This document shows positions 50,240 through 62,893 of a stretch of 64,000 bases of DNA, piece after piece (positions within the stretch are counted from its first letter, which is position 1; each line of letters opens with the position of its first letter). Position numbers and translations under genes: made by a program. A model generated the notes under the pieces. The model was given only the letters and a program-made list of their open reading frames with translations, made no database searches and was not told where the DNA came from. Source of the stretch: Macrostomum lignano (Eukaryota); contig NIVC01001057.1 of NCBI GenBank assembly GCA_002269645.1, forward strand, positions 124,001 through 188,000, given 5' to 3'.

Positions 50240-51730
50240 CATCTCCTGCAGTTCGTCTCCTCTTGGAGCTTCTCCAACTCCCCTCCTGCAGTTTGTCTCC
50301 TCTTGGAGCTTCTCCAACTCCCCTCCTGCAGTTTGTCTCCTCTTGGAGCTTCTCCAACTCCCCTCCTGCAGTTTGTCTCCTCTTGGAGCTTCTCCAACTC
50401 CCCTCCTGCAGTTTGTCTCCTCTTGGAGCTTCTCCAACTCCCCTCCTGCAGTTCGTCTCCTCTTGGAGCTTCTCCAACTCCCCTCCTGCAGTTCGTCTCC
50501 TCTTGGAGCTTCTCCAACTCCCCTCCTGCAGTTTGTCTCCTCTTGGAGCTTCTCCAACTCCCCTCCTGCAGTTTGTCTCCTCTTGGAGCTTCTCCAACTC
50601 CCCTCCTGCAGTTTGTCTCCTCTTGGATCTTCTCCAACTCCCCTCCTGCAGTTTGTCTCCTCTTGGAGCTTCTCCAACTCCCCTCCTGCAGTTTGTCTCC
50701 TCTTGGAGCTTCTCCAACTCCCCTCCTGCAGTTTGTCTCCTCTTGGAGCTTCTCCAACTCCCCTCCTGTAGCTTGTCTCCTCTTGGAGCTTCTCCAACTC
50801 CCCTCCTGCAGTTTGTCTCCTCTTGGAGCTTCTCCAACTCCCCTCCTGCAGTTTGTCTCCTCTTGGAGCTTCTCCAACTCCCCTCCTGCAGTTTGTCTCC
50901 TCTTGGAGCTTCTCCAACTCCCCTCCTGCAGTTTGTCTCCTCTTGGATCTTCTCCAACTCCCCTCCTGCAGTTTGTCTCCTCTTGGAGCTTCTCCAACTC
51001 CCCTCCTGCAGTTTGTCTCCTCTTGGAGCTTCTCCAACTCCCCTCCTGCAGTTTGTCTCCTCTTGGAGCTTCTCCAACTCCCCTCCTGTAGCTTGTCTCC
51101 TCTTGGAGCTTCTCCAACTCCCCTCCTGCAGTTTGTCTCCTCTTGGAGCTTCTCCAACTCCCCTCCTGCAGTTTGTCTCCTCTTGGAGCTTCTCCAACTC
51201 CCCTCCTGCAGTTTGTCTCCTCTTGGAGCTTCTCCAACTCCCCTCCTGTAGCTTGTCTCCTCTTGGAGCTTCTCCAACTCCCCTCCTGCAGTTTGTCTCC
51301 TCTTGGAGCTTCTCCAACTCCCCTCCTGCAGTTTGTCTCCTCTTGGAGCTTCTCCAACTCCCCTCCTGTAGTTTGTCTCCTCTTGGAGCTTCTCCAACTC
51401 CCCTCCTGCAGTTTGTCTCCTCTTGGAGCTTCTCTAACTCCCCTCCTGCAGTTCGTCTCCTCTTGGAGCTTCTCCAACTCCCCTCCTGCAGTTTGTCTCC
51501 TCTTGGAGCTTCTCCAACTCCCCTCCTGTAGTTTGTCTCCTCTTGGAGCTTCTCCAACTCCCCTCCTGTAGCTTGTCTCCTCTTGGAGCGTCTCCAACTC
51601 CCCTCCTGCAGTTTGTCTCCTCTTGGAGCTTCTCCAACTCCCCTCCTGTAGCTTGTCTCCTCTTGGAGCGTCTCCAACTCCCCTCCTGCAGTTTGTCTCC
51701 TCTTGGAGCGTCTCCAACTCCCCTCCTGCT
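50240..51730. repeat. 40-bp minisatellite (ctcctgcagtttgtctcctcttggagcttctccaactccc)n, ~37 copies
   Basis: Period 40. Confidence 0.97.
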
Positions 51731-51769
51731 GTTCGTTTTTTCCCAACTGGAATCGCCAATTATTGCTCA

Positions 51770-51915
51770 GGGATGAGATGCTTCATTTGCAGGGATGAGC
51801 TGCTTCATTTGCAGGGATGAGCTGCTTCATTTGCAGGAATGAGCCTGCTTCATTTGCAGGAATGAGCTGCTTCATTTGCAGGGATGAGCTGCTTCATTTG
51901 CAGGAATGAGCCTGC
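51770..51915. repeat. ~22-bp repeat (gagctgcttcatttgcagggat)n
   Basis: About 6 units. Confidence 0.85.
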
Positions 51916-52864
51916 TTCAAACACCCCAGTTTCGCATGTGGTCTCCTCAATCAGGGACCTGCAGCTGTCTAATTGTTCCTACCTGTCACCGCCTGAGTGC
52001 GGTGCGGGTTTCTTTAGATCCCCACCCCCTCCAAAAAAATTTATCCGCCAAACTAGAAGACCTGAGTGTGACAGTGGAGCAGAGTGGAGCAGTGCTGAGT
52101 TCCCACCCACCCAGTCTCAGTCAGTACGCACTCAGCAGTGCGACTTCCCCTGCAAACCCACCCTCTGCTTCCTGCGCTGTTCCTGCGCACTTCTAAGTTT
52201 AAATGTACTTTTCCCTGATTTAGAGAGAGAGAGAGAAAGGAGGGGGAGAAACGGAGATTAAGCGCTGCGGGCCTGAGGTGGCGAACAACTGCGAACAATG
52301 CCAAGGCAGATAAAGCAGCAGCCTCCCTTTGCATTTGTTAGTATTTCATTCTGCACTGCTGCGCTTTATCCAGCTCTCACCCGCCCTGCCACTCGCTGCA
52401 GCCCGCGCATTCCGCCACAAGTCCCCCCTTCTCTCTCCACCCCACCCTCCCTCTGCAGCTCACTTCTGCGCAGTGCAGCGCCAAAGCCAGAAAGAGAATT
52501 GCAGAGGGCCGGGGGTTGGGCCGGGCCGGAGGGGGTGGGCGCTGCTGCTGTAGTTGAAATGCGGGCGGGTGGCCGGCCGTCTCCGAGGCAGAGACGGCCT
52601 GCGCTGGAGAAAACAGGAGAGACAGGCAGCGCAAGACAGAGTACGGGAAACAGCCAGAGTTACTTTTTCTGATGCGTCTTCCATATTCCCAGGTAGAGCC
52701 GCCCCCCGGCGGAGCCGCTGCTACAAATTGAGGCTCTTTCCCAGGCCGAACCGGTTGCTCAACTCTCCCTTCTTCCCCCCACCTCACCGGGCCCCATTGT
52801 TGAGAACCGCAAATCCCCTTGGCAACCCGAATCTTCCCGCGGGCCGAGGCGAAGCGGCCTCCAG

Positions 52865-55800
52865 ATGGGACACGAGGACAACAGCAAAGGCGGCAACGGC
52901 GGGCAATCGTCGCTGACAAAGAGTCTGCTTCTGCCTGGCCTGATTCTGCTTCTGCTGCTGCTTCTGGCTGTTCGGCGTCGCAACCGGCGTCACGTGACTT
53001 GCGACGCGCCCGGGCCTCCGGCCTGGCCGTTGATTGGCAGCCACTTCCACGTTGAGCTGCCGTTGTGGCGCTGGGTGGAGCGCGAGGGCAAGGCGCGCTA
53101 CGGCCCGGTGATCCAGGTGCGCTTCCCCGACCACCTGGCCGTGATCGTCTCTGGCTACGATGAGATCCGCGAGGTTTTCCTCAACGAGAGCCTCCTGGGC
53201 CGGCCGCAGTTGCCCTGGCGCAAGCAGGTCGGCGGCCTGGCCCTCAGCGAAGGCAAACTCTGGCGCGCCCACCGGACGTTCAGCGTCCGCGCTCTCAACG
53301 ACTTCGGCTGGGGCCGGCCGGCCTGTCAGGCCGACGTGGCCGAGGAGTCGCGCCAGATTGTCCAGGAGATTCGCGACCGCCTCCCGGCCGGGCCGGCGCC
53401 GCAGCTGCGCTCGGCCGAGCTGGACGTCGGCGAGCTGGTGACTCAGAGCGTCAGCGCCGTCATCAGCCGGATGATCTTCGGCTGCGAGCAGGTGGCCTAC
53501 GACGAGCGCTTCTACTCCAAGCTGCCGCTCATGCAGTCCATCGAACAGGAGAACCGGCTCAGCCTGGCCCAGACTCTGATGAGGCGCCTCGGGAAGCTGC
53601 CCTGGCCTCTGGGGCCGGCCGTTCGCCGACTGCTGTGCCTGGGCCGGCCGGAGCCGCTGGTCATGGAGGCGCTGCGGATGTGCCAGGAGCAAATCGACAA
53701 GCGGCGGCGCAGCCTCCGCCACAGCCAGCAGGCGGGCGGGGCGGCGCTGGCCCGGCAGTGCAGCCGGGACTACTCAGACTACATCGAGTTCTACCTGCGC
53801 GAGAAGACCAACTACTTCAGCGACGACGAGAACGACAGCGGCCGTCGGGACGCCGCCGGGGACGCAGCAGTCGACGAAGCCACGGGGGCGGCAACGGCGG
53901 CAGAGACGGCGCCGGACGACCCTGCGGCTCCGTCCATGCGCGACGGCCGCCTGGCCATGACGATCTTCGACCTGATGACTGGAGGAGTCGACGCTGTGGC
54001 CAACCTGGTGCGCTGGGCGCTGCTGCTCGCCTCCCTGCACCCTGAGGCGCAGCGCCGGCTGCGCGAGGAACTCGAAGCCGCAGGCGGGGACGCCTCCTAC
54101 GCTGATAAGGATAAACTGCCCTATGCTGAGGCCTTCCTGGAAGAGGTACGTGTCTCAGTGTCTGAGCTCCCTTCATACAGTGTCTGAACTCCCTACATAC
54201 AGTGCCTGAACTCCATTCATACAGTGCCTAAACTCGCTTCATATAGTGTCTGAGCTCTTTTGATATAGTGTCTGGTCTCCCTTCATCCAGTGCCTGAACT
54301 CCCTTCATTTCGCGTCTGAGCTCCCTTCATACAGTGCCTGAACTCCCTTCATTTCGCGTCTGAACTCCCTTCATACAGTGCCTGAACTCCATTCATACAG
54401 TGCCTAAACTCGCTTCATACAGTGCCTGAGCTCCCTTCATACAGTGCCTGAGCTCCCTTCATATAGTGTCTGAGCTCTTTTGATATAGTGTCTGAGCTCC
54501 CTTCATCCAGTGCCTGAACTCCCTTCATTTCGCGTCTGAACTCCCTTCATACAGTGCCTGAACTCCCTTCATACAGTGCCTGAACTCCCTTCATACAGTG
54601 CCTGAGCTCCCTTCATATAGTGTCTGAGCTCTTTTGATATAGTGTCTGAGCTCCCTTCATCCAGTGCCTGAACTCCCTTCATTTCGCGTCTGAACTCCCT
54701 TCATACAGGGCCTGAGCTCCCTTGATTTCGCTTCTGAGCTCCCTTCATACAGTGCCTGAGCTCCCTTCATTTCGCGTCTGAGCTCCCTTCATACAGTGCC
54801 TGAGCTCCCTTCATTTCGCGTCTGAGCTCCCTTCAGACTGTGCCTGAGCTCCCTTCGTATAGTGTCTGAGCTCCTTTCAGTGCAAAGTCTAGCTTAGCCC
54901 GAATCTCATTTCGCACTGAGTCCAAACAACCTTCATGCGAGGCCGCATTCCGAGTAGTCCGACTCAACAACAAAATAAGAGTTCACTTTAGCTCGCACTG
55001 GACGCACAGACGGAGTTGCCATTTAGCATTTGTCCAGCGCATCGGCAACTCAAGGCTCAATTAAGCGCCATTGTTTGCCTTAAAAGAAAAACAGCAGCCT
55101 TGGCATTGTGCTTGCGCTGAGCTTGCGCTTAGCTTCGGCAGGGCAGAGCCAGCCAGTCCAAATTTACTTATTTTGCAAGCCGCTGTTTGCATTTCCGGGC
55201 ACGTGCCCTGCGGCTGTCATTAATTCTGCGCACGGTGCGGCCTGCAATCTGCGGAGCACGTGGCTGGGACATTTCGGCTGTTGCGATTGTCCTCACGGGT
55301 GTATATTGACAGGTGGTATCTTCTCAGACTTTTTCAGGACACTGAAGGGCATTATCTATGCTCATAATTAATTTCGGAATTGATCTCTTTGATCCTTAGC
55401 CTCTGGTCCCTGATCCCTGACCACAAGTGTCTGGTCTGTGATCCATTGTGTCTGGTCTGTGATCCATTGTGTCTGGTCTGTGATCCCTAGTGTCTGGTCT
55501 GTGATCCATTGTGTCTGGTCTGTGATCCATTGTGTCTGGTCTGTGATCCATTGTGTCTGGTCTGTGATCCACTGTGTCTTGTCTCTGATCCATTGTGTCT
55601 GGTCTATGATCCATTGTGTCTGGTCTGTGATCCATTGTGTCTGGTCTGTGATCCATTGTGTCTGGTCTGTGATCCATTGTGTCTGGTCTGTGATCCATTG
55701 TGTCTGGTCTGTGATCCCTAGTGTCTGGTCTATGATCCATTGTGTCTGGTCTGTGATCCATTGTGTCTGGTCTGTGATCCATTGTGTCTGGTCTGTGATC

Positions 55801-58085
55801 CATTGTGTCTGGTCTATGATCCATTGTGTCTGGTCTGTGATCCATTGTGTCTGGTCTGTGATCCATTGTGTCTGGTCTGTGATCCATTGTGTCTGGTCTG
55901 TGATCCATTGTGTCTGGTCTGTGATCCATTGTGTCTTGTCTCTGATCCATTCTGTCTGGTCTGTGATCCCCAGTGTCTGGTCTGTGATCCATTCTGTCTG
56001 GTCTGTGATCCCTAGTGTCTGGTCTGTGATCCCCAGTGTCTGGTCTGTGATCCATTGTGTCTGGTCTGTGATCCATTGTGTCTGGTCTGTGATCCATTGT
56101 GTCTGGTCTGTGATCCATTGTGTCTGGTCTGTGATCCATTGTGTCTGGTCTGTGATCCATTGTGTCTGGTCTGTGATCCATTGTGTCTGGTCTGTGATCC
56201 ATTGTGTCTGGTCTGTGATCCATTGTGTCTGGTCTGTGATCCATTGTGTCTTGTCTCTGATCCATTCTGTCTGGTCTGTGATCCATTGTGTCTGGTCTGT
56301 GATCCATTGTGTCTGGTCTGTGATCCACTGTGTCTTGTCTCTGATCCATTGTGTCTGGTCTATGATCCATTGTGTCTGGTCTGTGATCCATTGTGTCTGG
56401 TCTGTGATCCATTGTGTCTGGTCTGTGATCCATTGTGTCTGGTCTGTGATCCATTGTGTCTGGTCTGTGATCCCTAGTGTCTGGTCTATGATCCATTGTG
56501 TCTGGTCTGTGATCCATTGTGTCTGGTCTGTGATCCATTGTGTCTGGTCTGTGATCCATTGTGTCTGGTCTATGATCCATTGTGTCTGGTCTGTGATCCA
56601 TTGTGTCTGGTCTGTGATCCATTGTGTCTGGTCTGTGATCCATTGTGTCTGGTCTGTGATCCATTGTGTCTGGTCTGTGATCCATTGTGTCTTGTCTCTG
56701 ATCCATTCTGTCTGGTCTGTGATCCCCAGTGTCTGGTCTGTGATCCATTCTGTCTGGTCTGTGATCCCTAGTGTCTGGTCTGTGATCCCCAGTGTCTGGT
56801 CTGTGATCCATTGTGTCTGGTCTGTGATCCATTGTGTCTGGTCTGTGATCCATTGTGTCTGGTCTGTGATCCATTGTGTCTGGTCTGTGATCCATTGTGT
56901 CTGGTCTGTGATCCATTGTGTCTGGTCTGTGATCCATTGTGTCTGGTCTGTGATCCATTGTGTCTGGTCTGTGATCCCTAGTGTCTGGTCTGTGATCCAT
57001 TGTGTCTGGTCTGTGATCCCTAGTGTCTGGTCTGTGATCCATTGTGTCTGGTCTCTGATCCATTCTGTCTGGTCTGTGATCCCCAGTATCTGGTCTGTGA
57101 TCCCTAGTGTCTGGTCTGTGATCCCTAGTGTCTGGTCTGTGATCCATTGTGTCTGGTCTGTGATCCCCAGTATCTGGTCTGTGATCCCTAGTGTCTGGTC
57201 TGTGATCCATTGTGTCTTGTCTCTGATCCATTGTGTCTTGTCTCTGATCCACTGTGTCTTGTCTCTGATCCATTGTGTCTGGTCTGTGATCCATTGTGTC
57301 TTGTCTCTGATCCATTCTGTCTGGTCTGTGATCCCCAGTATCTGGTCTGTGATCCCTAGTGTCTGGTCTGTGATCCCTAGTGTCTGGTCTGTGATCCTCA
57401 GTGTCTGGTCTGTGATCCCAGACTTCCTAATCCTAGACGGTTAGTCATATTCCTTTAGCCCCAATTTCTTCAACTCGATTCCTCGATATCTGTGTTCCCA
57501 GGTTCTCAGATTCGAATCCCAAACGCCAAAATCCCAGATCTCAACTCGCAGTCCCGAGCATCGAACCGCCCCCCCCCCCAACCCGCCCGTCACCCGCAGG
57601 TGCAGCGGTTCGTCTCCCTGCTACCCGAAGGCGTAGTCCGGCGCGCGGTGGACAGCACCACCATCGGTGGCTACCGCGTCCCCAAGGGCGCCCGCATTAT
57701 CCCCAACCTGTACGGTGTGCACCACGACCCCCTGCACTTCCCCGAGCCCGACCGCTTCCAGCCCGACCGCTTCCTCCGCTACGGCCGCTTCCAGCCGTCC
57801 CGCCACCTGCTGCCGTTCAGCCTGGGCAAGCGGGCCTGCCCCGGCGAGGCCCTCGCCCGCATGGAGGCCTTCACGCTGCTCACCGCCATCCTGCGCCGCT
57901 TCTCCGTGGCGCTGCCGGACTCGGAGGCCGCCAGGCTCGACTCGCTGCTGCGCGGCAGCGACGGCTTCGTCAGGCGGGTCGTCGAGCATCGCCTCGTCTT
58001 CACGGAGCTGCCGCAGCCGCCGCCGACACCGCCGACGCCGCCGACACAGCAGCAGCAGCAGCAGCAGGCACCGCAGTTTCTCTAG
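52865..58085 (+). CDS. Cytochrome P450, clan 2-like, 2 exons: 52865-54145 and 57600-58085 (~588 aa)
   Basis: Leu-rich anchor, PGPPAWPLIG, WRAHRTF, EE|VQR (ExxR across a phase-0 GT-AG junction), PDRFQPDRF and heme loop PFSLGKRACPGE. Confidence 0.93.
54157..54880. repeat. 22-bp minisatellite (gtgcctgaactcccttcataca)n starting 11 nt after the P450 donor
   Basis: Direct inspection. Confidence 0.9.
55400..57420. repeat. 21-bp minisatellite (gtgtctggtctgtgatccatt)n, ~95 copies, in the P450 intron
   Basis: 7-aa periodicity in spurious ORFs. Confidence 0.97.
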
Positions 58086-58959
58086 CGCTGTGAAAAAGAG
58101 CTTTTCTCTTCTCTCCCATCTTCTCTCCTCAGTTTTTGGCGTAAATGACTGAAGCGGAAGGACGCAGAGCTTGCAAATTTCACGAATTTCTCCAAGCAGC
58201 TCGCGTTCTCCAAACTTTCGAAAGTTCAGACTGTGGCCTCCTTCTGCTTTACTTTCCATAATTTTTTTGCTTGCCAAGCTTCTTCTAGTTGATCCTTGTA
58301 ATTTTGATTTATTAGAAGACTCAAATAATTAGGATTTTAAATTAAACTGACAGCGTCAATCAAGCATTTCTGATTGGGTACCGAAAATCTGCCAAATCCC
58401 AGGAACTGTTCAGTTCGAGGCGATTCTCTCTCAAGAAAAAAAATATTTTCGCTATCCCACAAACCATTCCGTTAAAATGCTTTCCACACCACTTGCAGCG
58501 TTCATCTACTTCGGTCTATAGTTAGAGATCTCAAGCGTTGTTAATAGATTTTAATTTTTAGACATTACTTCAAAGCCACGCGAATGCTTTCAGACTGCGC
58601 AGAACGGATGATTTCAACTCCGTCTTTCTCCCTTCCGCAGTGGCACAATTTAAACTTCTCTCTCTGTGCGTGACCGCCATTTCTAAGTTGGCTAACCTTT
58701 CTTGAATTTTTTTTCATTGCTGTATTTGCTACATTACACACTGTACTACCGGCGCTACTTTTTAATCAGTTTGGAAATATTCGGAACGTTGGAAATTGGT
58801 GAGTTTAAAGCACTGAAAATCGGCGAGATTGTGATAAGTAAATCATTATTTTTGAAAAATATAGATTTTATCCAAGACAAACTACCACTAGAGATAGAAT
58901 TTTTTTCTATTATTGTTTACAAATGAGTTGCAACTTCAAACTGATTATGATTGGATGCT

Positions 58960-61900
58960 GTTACACTAATCCTAATCCTGGGAGATGCTGTCACACTAAT
59001 CCCTAATCTAGGGAGATGCTGTCACACTAATCCTAATCCTGAGAGACACTATTACACTAATCCTAATCCTGGGAGATGATGTCACACTAATCCCTAATCT
59101 AGGGAGATGCTGTCACACTAATCCTAATCCTGAGAGACACTATTACACTAATCCTAATCCTGGGAGATGATGTCACACTAATCCCTAATCTAGGGAGATG
59201 CTGTTACACTAATCCTAATCCCGGGAGACACTATTACACTAATCCTAATCCTGGGAGATGATGTCACACTAATCCCTAATCTAGGGAGATGCTGTTACAC
59301 TAATCCTAATCCTGGTAGATGCTGATACACTAATCCCCGATCCTGGGAGATGCTATCAGACTAATCCGCAATCCTGGGAGATGCTGTTACAACTAATCCT
59401 AACCCTAAAAGATGCTGTTACACCAATCCCCAATCCTGGGAGATTCTGTTACACCAATCCACAATCCTGGGAGATTCTGTTACACTAATCCCTAATCCTG
59501 AAAGATGCTGTCACACTAATCCCCAAACCTGGGAGATTCTGTTACACTAATCCCTAATCCTGGGAGATTCTTTTATACTAATCCCCAAACCTGGGAGATG
59601 CTTTTGCACTAATCCCCAATCCTGGGAGATTCTGTTACACTAATCCGCAATCCTGGGAGATTCTGTTACACTAATCCCTAATCCTGGGAGATGCTGTTAC
59701 ACTAATCCCCAATCCTGGGAGATGGTGCTACACTAATCCGCAATCCTGGGAGATGCTGTTACACTAATCCTAATCCTGGGAGATGCTGTTACACAAATCC
59801 CCAATCCTGGGAGATGCTGCTATACTAATCCCTAATCCTAGGAGATTCTGTTACACTGATCCCCAATCCCCAATTCTGGGAAATGCTGTTACACTAATCC
59901 GCAATCCTGGGAGATGCTGTTACACTAATCCCCAATCCTGGGAGATTCTGTTACACTAATCCCCAATCCCCAATTCTGGGAAATGCTGTTACACTAATCC
60001 GCAATCCTGGGAGATTCTGTTACACTAATCCCTAATCCTGGGAGATTCTGTTACACTAATCCCCAATCCTGGGAGATTCTGTTACACCAATCCACAATCC
60101 TGGGAGATTCTGTTACACTAATCCCTAATCCTGAAAGATGCTGTCACACTAATCCCCAAACCTGGGAGATTCTGTTACACTAATCCCTAATCCTGGGAGA
60201 TTCTTTTATACTAATCCCCAAACCTGGGAGATGCTTTTGCACTAATCCCCAATCCTGGGAGATTCTGTTACACTAATCCGCAATCCTGGGAGATTCTGTT
60301 ACACTAATCCCTAATCCTGGGAGATGCTGTTACACTAATCCCCAATCCTGGGAGATGGTGCTACACTAATCCGCAATCCTGGGAGATGCTGTTACACTAA
60401 TCCTAATCCTGGGAGATGCTGTTACACAAATCCCCAATCCTCGGAGATGCTGCTATACTAATCCCTAATCCTGGGAGATTCTGTTACACTGATCCCCAAT
60501 CCCCAATTCTGGGAAATGCTGTTACACTAATCCGCAATCCTGGGAGATGCTGTTACACTAATCCCCAATCCTGAGAGATTCTGTTACACTAATCCCCAAT
60601 CCCCAATTCTGGGAAATGCTGTTACACTAATCCGCAATCCTGGGAGATTCTGTTACACTAATCCCTAATCCTGGGAGATTCTGTTACACTAATCCCCAAT
60701 CCTGGGAGATGGTGCTACACTAATCCGCAATCCTGGGAGATGCTGTTACACTAATCCTAATCCTGGGAGATGCTGTTACACAAATCCCCAATCCTGGGAG
60801 ATGCTGCTATACTAATCCCTAATCCTGGGAGATTCTGTTACACTAATCCCCAATCCCCAATTCTGGGAAATGCTGTTACACTAATCCGCAATCCTGGGAG
60901 ATGCTGTTACACTAATCCGCAATCCTGGGAGATGCTGTTACACTAATCCGCAATCCTGGGAGATGCTGTTACACTAATCCCCAATCCTGGGAGATGGTGC
61001 TACACTAATCCGCAATCCTGGGAGATGCTGTTACACTAATCCTAATCCTGGGAGATGCTGTTACACAAATCCCCAATCCTGGGAGATGCTGCTATACTAA
61101 TCCCTAATCCTGGGAGATTCTGTTACACTGATCCCCAATCCCCAATTCTGGGAAATGCTGTTACACTAATCCGCAATCCTGGGAGATGCTGTTACACTAA
61201 TCCGCAATTCTGGGAGATGCTGTTACACTAATCCGCAATCCTGGGAGATACTGTCACACTAATCCGCAACCCTGGGAGATGCTGTTACACTAATCCCCAA
61301 TCCTGGGAGATGCTGTTACACTAATCCCCAATCCTGGGAGATGCTGTCACACTAATCCCAACCCTGGGAGATGCTGTTACACTAATCCCCAATCCTGGGA
61401 GATGCTGTCACACTAATCCCCAATCCTGGGAGATGCTGTTACACTAATCCCCAATCCTGGGAGATGCTGTTACACTAATCCCCAATCCTGGGAGATGCTG
61501 TTACACTAATCCCCAATCCTGGGAGATGCTGTTACACTAATCCCCAATCCTGGGAGATGCTGTTACACTAATCCCTAATCCTGGGAGATGCTGTTACACT
61601 AATCCCAATCCTGGGAGATGCTGTTACACTAATCCCCAATCCTGGGAGATACTGTCACACTAATCCGCAATCCTGGGAGATGCTGTTACACTAATCCCAA
61701 TCCTGGGAGATGCTGTTACACTAATCCCCAATCCTGGGAGATGCTGTTACACTAATCCCAATCCTGGTAGATGCTGTTACACTAATCCCCAATCCTGGGA
61801 GATGCTGTTACACTAATCCCTAATCCCCAATTCTGGGAGATGCTGTTACACTAATCCCAATCCTGGGAGATGCTGTTACACTAATCCCCAATCCTGGGAG

Positions 61901-62893
61901 ATGCTGTTACACTAATCCCCAATCCTGGGAGATGCTGTTACACTAATCCCCAATCCTGGGAGATGCTGTTACACTAATCCCCAATCCTGGGAGATGCTGT
62001 TACACTAATCCCAACCCTGGGAGATGCTGTTACACTAATCCCCAATCCTGGGAGATGCTGTCACACTAATCCCCAATCCTGGGAGATGCTGTTACACTAA
62101 TCCCCAATCCTGGGAGATACTGTCACACTAATCCGCAACCCTGGGAGATGCTGTTACACTAATCCCCAATCCCCAATTCTGGGAGATGCTGTTACACTAA
62201 TCCTAATCCTGTGAGATGCTGTTACACTAATCCCCAATCCTGTGAGATGCTGTTACACTAATCCCCAATCCTGGGAGATACTGTCACACTAATCCGCAAC
62301 CCTGGGAGATGCTGTTACACTAATCCCCAATCCTGGGAGATACTGTCACACTAATCCGCAACCCTGGGAGATGCTGTTACACTAATCCTCAATCCTGGGA
62401 GATACTGTCACACTAATCCGCAACCCTGGGAGATGCTGTTACACTAATCCCCAATCCTGGGAGATACTGTCACACTAATCCGCAACCCTGGGAGATGCTG
62501 TTACACTAATCCCCAATCCTGGGAGATACTGTCACACTAATCCGCAACCCTGGGAGATGCTGTTACACTAATCCCCAATCCTGGGAGATACTGTCACACT
62601 AATCCGCAACCCTGGGAGATGCTGTTACACTAATCCCCAATCCTGGGAGATACTGTCACACTAATCCGCAACCCTGGGAGATGCTGTTACACTAATCCGC
62701 AACCCTGGGAGATGCTGTTACACTAATCCCCAATCCTGGGAGATACTGTCACACTAATCCGCAACCCTGGGAGATGCTGTTACACTAATCCGCAACCCTG
62801 GGAGATGCTGTTACACTAATCCCCAATCCTGGGAGATACTGTCACACTAATCCGCAACCCTGGGAGATGCTGTTACACTAATCCCCAATCCTG
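58960..62893. repeat. 31-bp satellite (ctaatccccaatcctgggagatgctgttaca)n, ~125 copies
   Basis: Period 31 (e.g. 61441, 61472). Confidence 0.97.

Noticed and set aside
50036-50240. Possible terminal exon (…LLHQREQLLRKNRKIGY…GAKAKGK*) on the minus strand
   Set aside because: No good acceptor, no upstream partner exon and no recognisable family.
58960-59300. Telomere-like CCCTAA/TTAGGG motifs within the 31-bp monomers
   Set aside because: These are isolated hexamers in variant monomers, not tandem telomeric tracts.
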